In this document: positions 24,501 through 39,780 of the stretch, one piece after another | Layout: every line of letters begins with the position of its first letter | Numbering within the stretch: the stretch's first letter is position 1 | Source of the DNA: Bugula neritina | Lineage: Eukaryota > Animalia > Bryozoa | DNA length: 64,000 nucleotides | Direction: 5' to 3' | NCBI GenBank assembly: GCA_964035545.1 | Contig: OZ037772.1 | Coordinates: forward strand, 10,228,818-10,292,817 | Program-made: the position numbers and the translations under genes | Notes under the pieces: model-generated | Database searches by the model: none | What the model saw: only the letters and a program-made list of their open reading frames with translations | What the model was told of the DNA's origin: nothing

Positions 24501-26306
24501 CTTAGCCTCTATTCCTGTTCTGTGATTATACAGCTCACAGTATCTAACCCCAACTTCCTCTACCATGAAATTCACTGCTCGACTTTCAGTCTTTTCTCTC
24601 TTCTCCACCAGTTCTTTCTCCAGTTTGTCATACTTATGTTGAATAGCTGCTATCTAAATACATTCACATTGAATGTTAGACAGGATAGAATAGTTTGAGG
24701 AGTGTCTGAGTGTATAACCATCTTGCATCTACCAAAAAAGTAGCTTATCTCAGATGATTATAAAAAAGTTGTAAACAAACTCTCACAGCTTCTATATGAT
24801 CTTTATAATTATCAAATTTAAAAACCATGTAATAATCACCTGATCATCACGCTGTTTACATAGCAACATCAGCAGCTTCTTGGTTTCAGTTCTAAACTCA
24901 TCAATGTTTGCAGCTATCTGTTTGTAATATCCAGATAAGTTGTCTTCTCTTGTCTTCAACTTTGTGACTTCCACCAGCTGCATTGTTAAATCTTTCAATG
25001 TCAAGAGTGTATGCTGTGATGTACCTAAAGTATATACAAAGTAATGTATAAGCTGTTGTGTACCTGAATCATGTAATATATATAGCAAGTAAACAGAAGA
25101 ATAGACACTTACCATCATCACATACACCAGCTGTAGGTACACATTGAGTACAGAGTAGTTTGAGACAGACTTTACAACCCAAAGTATACTCTACGTCTGC
25201 ATGTGTCTCACACATTCTCTTCTCTAACTTAGCAGCGCGAGCTATATACTCTGTCATATTTATTCTAGAATGTTCTTCGGCCAGATTGTCATGGTCCTAA
25301 GATAAACATATACAAAAGAGTTTGTGGCTTACTAACGATATTACATCTAAGATTGCATATATACATTATAATGGTCCTAATGTCATGATCATATAATGCC
25401 TAAAGTATATATGCAATAGTATACAATTTAATAATATTTAAAGATATATTGTACAATCTATTACAATAAAAGCATGAATGTAAGAAATCAATCTTCAGAG
25501 TTATGTCTCCTTGAACATAACTTTTATTTAATGTATAATAAACTACAGCATGCTGATCGATAAATGTTAGGAGGTAAAGACACAAAACCAATTCATGTAA
25601 GCAAATGAGTGAAAACAAGTGAAACTAAATGAAAGTTTTCGATTGATGAATCAAATCAAATATTGTAAATAATTTGTTGCAAAGCTGATTAAATTATTTC
25701 TCTGCAAAGTATCACCAAAATCTCAAGCTTTCAGTTTCAAAATATCACATATAAAGATATATACACAGATCACACAATAAATAGTGTTAACTTACAATGA
25801 CATGTTTAGCACAGTACAGTTTGGAACAAACTAAACAATACACCAGAGCAGATGTGTTATTCACTCCTGACTTTGTACAGACTTCACAGAGTATAGACTT
25901 ATCTATCTGTTTCATCTGGTCTGCTGTTGGTAACTTATCAGGTGTTGTATTGAACACTTGTCTGTAATATAAATGATGAATTTATTGTTGATAGATCATC
26001 AATTAGTTTTATCTTAGAGAACATTTATCAATCAACGCTCATAGTATAATTTGCTCCGTTCCACCTCGTGATATTATATTAACTGTAACATATACTAGAC
26101 AGTAGACGTAGCGAAAATCACATAGCAAATACTTTGACATAAACTTACCGACATATTCCACATTTAAGAGCATTTAGCCTTCCATAGAATTCATTCAAAC
26201 ACTTGTCACAGTGTGGGTGAGTACAAGGCAGTGCCTTAATTTCCTCTAACTTGAGTTTAGATAAACAAATAGTACATCTCACCATCTGTTGTGGTTTGGA
26301 TGCCAT
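21596..26306 (-). CDS. TRIM copy B (intact, 605 aa)
   Basis: Exons 26306-26149, 25961-25796, 25296-25113, 25024-24840, 24653-24483, 23534-23423, 22599-21886, 21723-21596; same exon sizes as copy A; no stop seen. Confidence 0.9.
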
Positions 26307-27005
26307 TTTGTTCTACAATTACATCATATTAGGACGACATAATCATATTGATTACAATGATTTCACATCAATTACCAATACCCATACAAGTGGATAACAA
26401 GAGATTTAAAAGAAGATTTGGGCATTGCCCAAGTTCCAAGAACAGCAAACAATTCTATCATCAACTATCTGATATTGTTATTGAATTATTTACATCTACA
26501 TCTAGCAAGGGCTGACACTGGACTTGGTAGCAACTTTGCGTTTGAGGCTGTCGTCATTTCGACTGTATTGTCAACCAACTTACAGTTAGTGAGCCATTAA
26601 CATTCAACCTATTATTATTAAAGTTATTAATTAAATCATAATGAAAATGACAATACTTTCAACATTCATTTTCATATTAGTTTAGTGAGACTGAGACCAA
26701 GCATCGCAATCTGCCAGTCACAATCACAATGACAATCACAGTGGCAATCAATAAATTCAATCATGTATTTTTAAAACCAAAGTGATGGATGATTACACTT
26801 ACAGTTAATGTTATAACCATAATCCTAATAGGAAAAAGTAGAAGTTGAATATCAATATGGTAAATTAAAATTGGCTCACCAAAAAAGTGTTCGCTGAGTG
26901 ACTCAAGCTCTTCAATTCTAATAGTAATTGTGTCCAATCGAATGGATATGATGACCTACTTCTAGTTCTACTCAAAACTGCTTTGCAAGCTGCTACAAGG
27001 AAGTT

Positions 27006-27060
27006 GAAAATGAAACTGCGCTACAGATGAGTAATAGAAATTTCCCGAGTTGGAAATTTT
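27006..27060. promoter_or_regulatory. ISRE-consensus, AP-1-like and kappaB-like cluster upstream of TRIM B
   Basis: GAAAATGAAACT 27006-27017, TGAGTAA at about 27028-27034, GGGAAATTTC (minus) 27037-27046; about 125 bp upstream of a G|GTGAGC donor at 26880. Confidence 0.55.
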
Positions 27061-28064
27061 ACGTACTATAGATAAAGTCTGCAAAACAGACGGTACTGAA
27101 TCATTTGTTTACTAATACTAATTCCGATGTTACATTAGCCGAAAGTTGTGCTGCCTTCGACGCAATAGCGATGTGAAGAGGAGATTACTCTTATACTACA
27201 ATTCCTTCTCAATAGCCATATAATAACTATTATCCATCAGTTATTAAAAGGTAATGGTTACACATTTCTTTATTCAAAATCTTAAGCATCCGTAAAAATT
27301 GTTTATTAGATTGCATTGGGAGCTGCATATTTTAAGAGGAGTAAAATGTTTGGCCAAAAAAGTCACAAATCTGCGCATTAACCCTCTAACACTGACCTGC
27401 ACCTTTCTCTATTACTGCAATGAGTTATACTATATTATAGACTTGAAATAAATTGTAGAGTGAGTGGATTCGGTAAATCATTTTCTTTAATTGGCTTTGC
27501 ATTTTATATGCCAAATATTTTCTTGCTTAGTCACATCAAATGATATAGTATGACTATAACGAGTAGCATGTAATGGCGAAGGTATATAGAAGCTTATAAG
27601 ATTTATAAACATGTATTTTATAGTTGTGTATTTTACTTTTTATATCAAAAGCATATCATGTAACCTGCCAGTATATTAACATATCCCAATCGTTGTTACA
27701 TACTGGAGACCATAATAAACCAACAAATAATAAAATGAAACTTGCTTATCATTGTCATTTGTCATCATTGACCTAGTTTAAATACAAACCAATCAGAATT
27801 GATTTAAATACTGAGATTTATTTACAATAATACAGAAGTCATAAACTCTAAATGATAAAAACTATAGTAGGCCATATAATATAACTATAATAAATTATTC
27901 AGCACTTTGACACAATTATAGCAATGTAACTCAAATGTTTAAATGAGTCAAAATGACTCAAACTCAGCCTTAACATGGCTCGAGTTTCCAGGTTATGCTA
28001 TAGAAATGTTGATATATGAAATAATATCTACAGAACAGCGGAGCTCCTTAATAGAAGCCCTCAC

Positions 28065-29009
28065 CTCATAACTACTGATTTTCACTTTACACAAGTCTAC
28101 GACTATACTCATATCAGCTAAGTTCACATGTTGAGGCAGAGCTAGAACTATCTCCTGGTTGAAGAGTGGATTAGTAGTCACTTTGATGTTATCTATAGTA
28201 CGTTTCTTCTTCAACTTCTTTCCATCTTCTAGCACCGTCACTCTTACCGTTAGGCCTAGAATATTTTTAAAAATTAAGAGTTTGAGCATCTGATAATTAT
28301 AAAATATACATCACTCTTTTTATATGCACTTTAGTGAAAATTTTCTATTTTTTACATTGACACAAATTTTAAAGCGTGAGTTATTTTTGAAGTTGCTTAC
28401 CCAGTACTGCGATTTCGTCTTTTATGTGTAAATCTTTTGCTTTAGCAAAGAAAAAGGTGAGCGTAAGATTATCTTTAGCCTTTGTGCTCTTCACGGAAAA
28501 CAGCAGCTCTCCGACATAATTCTAAAGGATAATTTGTAAAACATATACAATACTATAAATAAATAAATACATAATAAAGTCGTGTACACATACATACTCT
28601 GCAGCTTGCATTTAATATATATTTACATTTCTTTTGCATACATTATAAACCATTTCATATAGCTACATAAAAACATATTAATGTATGATGAATGCAATAC
28701 ACACAGGTGCATTACATATGCATAATGTAGATACTATAATATTAAATGTTATATTTATAATTATATGTAGTTTTATTTTATTTAGAATACTGTATTCACT
28801 GTATACTGTAAATTTTAAATAATGAAATATATTCACCTCTTCATGGTCATGTGACTCAGGTAGACATCTGTCAATGTGTTTCTCTACGTATAATGACTCA
28901 TCATGTGGTAGACTATTTAAACGCAATTGGACAACTCCAACCTTCTCCGTCTTCACAAACTGATCGTAGTCATACAGGTGACATAACAGATGTTTCCCTG
29001 AGAGATCAT
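28065..29009 (-). pseudogene. Synaptotagmin-like tandem-C2 gene fragment (3 exons; 5' part and last exon missing)
   Basis: Exons 29009-28837 (HLYDYDQFVKTEKVG, C2A end), 28521-28401 (VGELLFSV...AKDL), 28255-28065 (KKLKKKRT...NPLFNQ, C2B). The final exon present at 62998-62858 is deleted here (junction about 27916). Confidence 0.85.
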
Positions 29010-29152
29010 CTAATTAAATACAGAACACCAGAATATTGTTGTGATTCTAGCAATAATACAGTCGAGTGATAAAAACACTCATTTCACAAGCATGTAACAG
29101 AAACAAAAATTGACATAATAGGCAGGATGATAAACACCGAATACAGTGTACT

Positions 29153-29947
29153 ACTGTACTTACTCAGTATATACTATACCACTGTACTTACTTAGTAAAT
29201 ACTCTATCACTGTACTTACTTAGTAAATACTATACCACTGTACTTACTTAGTAAATACTATACCACTGTACTTACTTAGTATATACTATACCACTGTACT
29301 TACTTAGTATATACTATACCACTGTACTTACTTAGTAAATACTATACCACTGTACTTACTGAGTAAATACTATACCACTGTACTTACTTAGTAAATGCTA
29401 TACCACTGTACTTACAGAGTAAATACTATACCACTGTACTTACTTAGTAAATAATATACCACTGTACTTACTTAGCAAATACTATACCACTGTACTTACT
29501 TAGTAAATACTATACCACTGCACTTACTGAGTAAATACTATACCACTGTACTTACATAGTAAATACTATACCACTGTACTTACTTAGTAAATACTATACC
29601 ACTGTACTTACTGAGTAAATACTATACCACTGTACTTACTTAGTAAATACTATACCACTGTACTTACTCAGTAAATACTATACCACTGTACTTACTTAGT
29701 AAATACTATACCATTGTACTTACTTAGTAAATAATATACCACTGTACTTACTCAGTAAATACTATACCATTGTACTTACTGAGTAAATACTATACCATTG
29801 TACTTACTTAGCAAATACAATACCACTGTACTTACTTAGTAAATACTATATCACTGTACTTACTTAGTATATACTATACCACTGTACTTACTTAGTAAAT
29901 ACTATACCACTGTACTTACTTAGTATATACTATACCACTGTACTTAC
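29153..29947. repeat. 28-bp minisatellite, about 28 copies (ACTGTACTTACTTAGTAAATACTATACC)
   Basis: Directly visible tandem array that starts at the donor of the last PTGES2 exon present. Confidence 0.95.
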
Positions 29948-32893
<2,946 letters not shown>

Positions 32894-34055
32894 CTTTGTT
32901 AAATGTACGAATTTGATCAGCTGTAGTAGCCTTCGCTTGATAAATACTCTACCCCTACAGATTGTGAAACTGGCTTAGATCAATATTTAGAGGCAACTTT
33001 AGGCTACTTAGCGTACATTAGGGTCGTTTTTAACACCAGCATATTATCAAATAGCCGATGTCTTCAAAGACGCAAATGCTTCTGTGCTAAGTGGTACACG
33101 GATTTAGGTAGAGCATAACTCCTTCTTATTTGCGCAGAGGCGAGTAAAATGGTGCACTAGCTTCGGTGTGACGTAAGATTATTCCAATAAACTAAAACTT
33201 CTTATAGTTGTAATTATAATTTAATGATTATACCCTTTGAAGAGCATTCTCCGTAATGATCATAGATCAATAAACACACTAGAATCTCAGATCAAAATAA
33301 TAATAGCTATAGCTATAATAGTTTAAGAATTATACTAAAGAGCAAGTTTATGATAGGTTTAATAATTGATGTATTTTTTATCAGCAACCAGAGAAAGTTG
33401 ATAGCTCTAGCCCAAGTTTGATTAATGAAGGATGTCATTAACCCCTTGAGATCTCCAATCTCAATTCACAAAAGAATCATTATTATACAAAATTCAATGA
33501 TATATGTGTAACTTATAAATGGTGTAAATTGACAAAATTATGGATATACATAAAAAATACAATATATTCAAATTGGAAATGCATAGTTTACAAAAAATAG
33601 ACCAAACATCTGTATCATATGCAATGCGCTAGAAATGAAAAATTAAGAAAATGTTATGTAAGTAATGAGAGACTGCACAATATTCTGTCTGAAGCATGTA
33701 AATTATAGTCCAAGTTTCAAGTCAGCTGGTGAATAGAAAATTAGAATGAGCAGTTATTCTATAGGGAAGGGACAGATTCAGTCTATGATCTAACCAGGGA
33801 TAGTTTCTAGAGAAGAGAATTCCTCTAGCGTGCCTAAAAATAGTACATAAAAGCTACAATAATGATTATACCGTGAACAACATAAGCTTATTTACATAAA
33901 TCAGACTTTGGTGTGCAGAAAAAATAACATTGAAACTATATATTACATATACCCCATAATCTAGGTCTTATATTTGTTCTTGATTGAAATAATATAGACT
34001 GAAAGCAAAGTATAAGCTGCGCAGCATAAATTATCTGACATGATATATATGTCTA

Positions 34056-35340
34056 CTATACGCTACACTACACTGCACTACACTGCACTGCGCTGTACTG
34101 CACTGCACTGCGCTGCACTGCACTGCACTGCACTGCACTGCACTGCACTGCACTGCACTGCACTGCACTGCACTGCACTGCACTGCACTGCACTGCACTG
34201 CACTGCACTGTACTGTATTATATATACTACACTATACTATACTACATACTGTACTATATACTATGCACTGTACTGTATTATATATACTACACTATACTAT
34301 ACTACATACTGTACTATATACTATATAATTATACTATATAATTATACTATATACATACTACACTATACTATACTATACTATACTATATACTACACTATAT
34401 TATACTATACTATACTATACTATACTATACTATACTATACTATACTATATACTACACTATATTATACTATACTATACTATACTATACTATACTATACTAT
34501 ATAATACACTATACTACACTATACTATACTATACTACACTATACTATACTATACTATATACTACACTATACTACACTATATTATACTATACTATACTATA
34601 CTATACTACACTATACTATACTACACTATATACTACACTACACTACACTACACTACACTACACTACACTACACTACACTACACTACACTACACTACACTA
34701 CACTACACTACACTACACTACACTACACTACACTACACTACACTACACTACACTACACTACACTACACTACACTACACTACACTACACTACACTACACTA
34801 CACTACACTACACTACACTACACTACACTACACTACACTACACTACACTACACTACACTACACTACACTACACTACACTACACTACACTACACTACACTA
34901 CACTACACTACACTACACTACACTACACTACACTACACTACACTACACTACACTACACTACACTACACTACACTACACTACACTACACTACACTACACTA
35001 CACTACACTACACTACACTACACTACACTACACTACACTACACTACACTACACTACACTACACTACACTACACTACACTACACTACACTACACTACACTA
35101 CACTACACTACACTACACTACACTACACTACACTACACTACACTACACTACACTACACTACACTACACTACACTACACTACACTACACTACACTACACTA
35201 CACTACACTACACTACACTACACTACACTACACTACACTACACTACACTACACTACACTACACTACACTACACTACACTACACTACACTACACTACACTA
35301 CACTACACTACACTATACTATACTATACTATACTATACTA
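34056..35340. repeat. Compound pentanucleotide microsatellite (ACTGC)n-(ACTAT)n-(ACTAC)n, about 1.3 kb
   Basis: Directly visible. Confidence 0.97.
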
Positions 35341-36361
35341 AATGCCGATTATCGATATTTCGGCATTTTGGAAAGCCAAAATGCCGATCTCGGCAACCGG
35401 AAACAAGTACATGCAAATTCAATCACAATATATATTTCCAAAAACAACTCATTAACATTAGCTCAAATACTCATACACTTGTAAAGATAAAACAACTTTG
35501 CAATAAAATATTAAACATAGAACCTCCAATAAATTGAAAAAAAGTAATAATTCAAGTCTTTCACTCCAAAGAAGTCAATTTCCTGAAGTCTTTCATCCTG
35601 AAGTTACAAAACTATATACAAAATTTGAAAGTTTGTGTTTTCATCAAAACAGTGAAGGGCTGACAGTTGAGTTTGTAACCCAAGTTTAAAGAGTGGATCA
35701 TTTGTCCATGTTTGACATTGGTATTCAGTACCCTTCTGAATATTCAATATAAATATATATAACAATATATTCTAAGATATACATATGTATGTTAAAAATT
35801 ATGTGTAATTAAACTATGTTAACCTAATGACATTATGCATAATTACTAAGACATGCAGTAAAATAAATCTTTCAGATTAAAATGCTTCGTATGAAAATGT
35901 AAAATTGATAAATCAAAATATAAGGTGCAATAGCTTTTGCAATACGATGAGATTGTGTAAATTAGACTGCCTTAAGTCTACTTATGATATAAGCATATTT
36001 TATAGGGAGAAGGCAACTCCTTTAGTATGCTCCAGATATGGAATGTCCTACAAATAGTAGAACATTGTATATTATTTAGTATAATAATATGGCACATTAG
36101 TGTACCATATTATGTACAATGTCAACTTATTATGTATAATGTCAACAGCTGCTTTATGATTTACCTATCAGTTGATAAATAAACAAGTGGAGATAACTGG
36201 TAATATGTACACTCCTGGTTTACTAGAATTGATTACATACAAATCAGTAAAATAGAATACAATTTACAATATAAAAAATAATGCAATGCGGATAAGTAAT
36301 AAAACAGAGCACAACAAAATAAAATGCAATATAACCTACAATGTAACAATATGGTGCAATA

Positions 36362-37044
36362 CATAGTAAATAATATTACATATATTTTATAAAATTATTT
36401 TATAAAACTACTATAATGTTTACGTAACGTCATAAAACAACCGACTACAGACACGAGAGGTGGACTTGCTGTGCCAAGAATTTCTGCACTCGAAACATGC
36501 ATCTGAGATTTCCAATCCGTTTACAGCCAACTCTTATCACAATTCATGCAGATTCAACTGCAGACAAAAGAATCCACTTAATATACTCGCAGTAAATAAT
36601 AGGTGCATAGAGTGGGTTATTATTATGAATAATAAACACTACATCTATTTGACAAGCTATTTTGAGATAAGATAAAATATTTTCTATCCATATACATAGT
36701 TGAAATACGTTACTACTAGTTTGTTACTGTCTAAAAATTATTATATAAGGTAAGTATACAGCATACAGCATCTGTTTAATCTGGGGACAGAGTCGAGGTG
36801 TGTACATCGTGTCATCTACTTTATCCAACTGCAGAAACGCCTTTCTCAGCAGAGTGGTTACTATTGAAGTTATTTCCTCCTGCACTTCCTCTCGTGTCTG
36901 TAGTCGGTTGTTTTATGACGTTACGTAAACATTATAGTAGTTTTATAAAATAATTTTATAAAATATATGTAATATTATTTACTATGATCATCTTTGGTCA
37001 CCTTTCACCACCGTGGTCTTGCACGGGTGGCGGAGTAATATTAT
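36362..37044. mobile_element. Non-autonomous inverted-repeat element: 99-bp perfect IRs plus a hairpin-containing tail
   Basis: 36362-36460 is the exact reverse complement of 36888-36986; the tail contains CCACCGTG...CACGGGTGG; absent from the paralogous region near 18900. Confidence 0.75.
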
Positions 37045-37182
37045 ATACTATATAAGACTGTATAACATGACGCAATACAATATAACACCATATGCAAAGT
37101 GATACTACAAATACATAAAAGGGAAAATATTGCAGCAGGAATTACTGACCCTTTTTAGAGTATCCAGTCTATTAGTTTACTT

Positions 37183-37308
37183 TCACTTCAGCTGATATAA
37201 TTTAACTTGTAAATATAGAAAAGTGTTTACTAGAACTACTAGAGTAGAGCCAATGTAGATGAGATATAATGTAGTTTTCTTCAGTAGATGCCCCAATTAG
37301 TAACTTCC
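37183..37308 (-). pseudogene. Second orphan, frameshifted TRIM terminal exon
   Basis: Homologous to 19031-19153 and shares the same internal deletion (CATCTA(C/G)ATTGGCTCT). Confidence 0.8.
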
Positions 37309-39780
37309 CTATAATTATGAGCACAATTAATGTAAAATTCTAGGGAATAAATAGTGTAAGTATGCGTATACCCTAAATCCACAGCTGAAAGCTACAAAAC
37401 CAAGATTTAATAGTTTTTTTTATAAACAACCCATACCTAATTGCAGGAAACTGGAATATCATGCAATTAAGGCGGAGTTATTAATTAACTCACTTTTTGT
37501 GTGTCCAATCAGAATAGTGGATCTCTTTTATAGGTTAGTTATTAGCATTCATAGATCTTATTGTACATATAGAACCCAATTATTTGCCAACTACTTCGCA
37601 TGACGTTGACTTTTTCTATCAATACAAGATAATATGAATAATATGACTTTTTTTTACTAGTAAAGCTCCCTCAAAGATCTTTATTATTCTATTGTTATAG
37701 TTTAGTATTACTAACATGTGACCATGCAACTCCATTTAAAGTGAAGCTTGTATATTTTGAGTGAAAGTACATAAATATGTGGCTGATATCGATGTAGCAT
37801 GCAGTGTTGACTATTAAAGACAGAACATGTCTTCTAATATTTCTATAACTATACTCAGATTAAATATAGTCCCTTCTCACTGCTTGAACAGCTCTGACCT
37901 ATACTATTATAAGATAACTCACCACGGTATATACAACTCTAATTACTAGCAACTATAATATTATGCTTTGTACAATGTTTACTATAGGAGAGATGAAAGG
38001 TTACAAGAGGCACACAAAAATTGTATTAAAGCATTAAATTTTATATCATTATATGGTCTGATATATAATATAACATGTCATTTTGATTGTTGTTGCTGCA
38101 TAGAAATCAGTTTGAGTTTATAGAAATGTTTAAAGAGTTTTGGTGAACAGAATGTGATGGTTGACAAAACTTTACCTGAAACTTAGTTTCTTGTGCGAAG
38201 CAGACACTGTTTTGGCTTCATCTCTGTTTTTATTATATAACATTCAAATTCTATATAAAGATAACTTACTGAAAAAAAACTCTCTGTATATTCCAATACT
38301 TAGTAGATAGAAGTCGTTTTTCTTTTTCACCAAATGAAGGGTAGTTCAAGTTTGTAGAAATATCAGCTGCCATATCTTTTGTAGCAAGAGCTTTTAAGTG
38401 AAAGCTTTAATTTCAGCTTATAATATCACTTAATAGTACACTGTATAATAAGCTGGAAAACGTAAGGCGAGTTTAGCTGCACTCAAATTATTAGCTGCTT
38501 TATTCCTCTAGAAAAAAAACTATTCACATGCATTAAGATAGCTTCCACATTGATTTAAAAATCAGAATTTTTGCAAAATACTAAAAACAGTTTATACTAA
38601 ATAAAAATTGTTTGTTTATGAAATACTGACCAATTCCTATATTTGTAACATGCCCAGTAGATGTGTGATATTTTATAGAAGGTGATAACAAAAATATTAC
38701 AGAGTATTCAAAGTAAAACTGGATAAAATTTTGGGATTTTTCTTTATTAGACAGAGAATCAACTGATAATTAAAAAGTAATCCTATCTTTATCAAAGAAG
38801 CTGCTTATTGTAAAAAGATAATGTGCTATTTCTTGTTATACTGATAATAACTGCATATAATAACTAAAAACAGCTTCGCAGCATGTCACATCTCAATGCA
38901 ACACAGCAATCTGTTCATATTTAATAACAAAATCTAATGCATTAGTAATTTCTAAGACAGCAAACATAGACACAATTCATTTGGCTATAGGTAATTGCAA
39001 ATAACAAAAGTTTATATTCAGGATAGGAAATAATAAGAAATTTAAAGAAAATTTTGCAAATTCAAAGTACATAATATATATGTAGCCACCACCATTGAAA
39101 ACTTTATAGCCTATAAAGTTTACAGATTAATTGTAGAAATAGATTGTGATTATAATTGATATAACGCACAATAACCTGGATTTTCCGGCATATAATACAC
39201 CAGTACAAGAACTTGAGTGATAATAATGAATGAAAAATAGTGCTTGTAAAATTTTTGACGGATCACGTGGTTATAGCCTGTCTAGTAGTCTACTGTAAAG
39301 TAGGAAGTTAAACATGCAGGCGTCTATAGTGAAGTGAACTGACTTAGTTGACTGATTAAAGCAGTGACGTACTGGGAAGGTAACTCCTTATGTATGACTA
39401 AACATGTTGTGTTCTACAAAGCATAGCAGAGATGTCTAGTATATACAATATCCGCCATGTTATAATAACATATTACTATGAGACATTAGTATATACACAG
39501 TATTGTAAACAGTTGCTTTATAATTTAATTATTGATTGATAAATATAATCAGGGGAGATAACTGGTAATAATGTGTCCACTACTATATAGGTAACCGACA
39601 ATATTATTATAAGACTATAAAAATTCATAATATTTCTATGCAATAAAATTCAATACAACACAAAATATTATATAAGAAGATGCGATGTAAAACTATTCAA
39701 TGCAAAGCAGCATTAGAAACATGAATTAGAGAAGCACTCGAAACAACATTTACTGACCTTTACTTGAGGATCCCAGTCTA

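Noticed and set aside
26418-26600. Recurrent plus-strand 60-68-aa ORF (also 54173, 61292)
   Set aside because: Antisense within the putative first intron, mostly non-ATG starts; recurrence explained by recent duplication.
29153-29947. 28-bp repeat as a CRISPR array
   Set aside because: Units are contiguous with no unique spacers; eukaryotic intron; no cas genes.
34040-34504. 154-aa ORF with CTALH/YYTIL repeats
   Set aside because: Translation of the pentanucleotide microsatellite.
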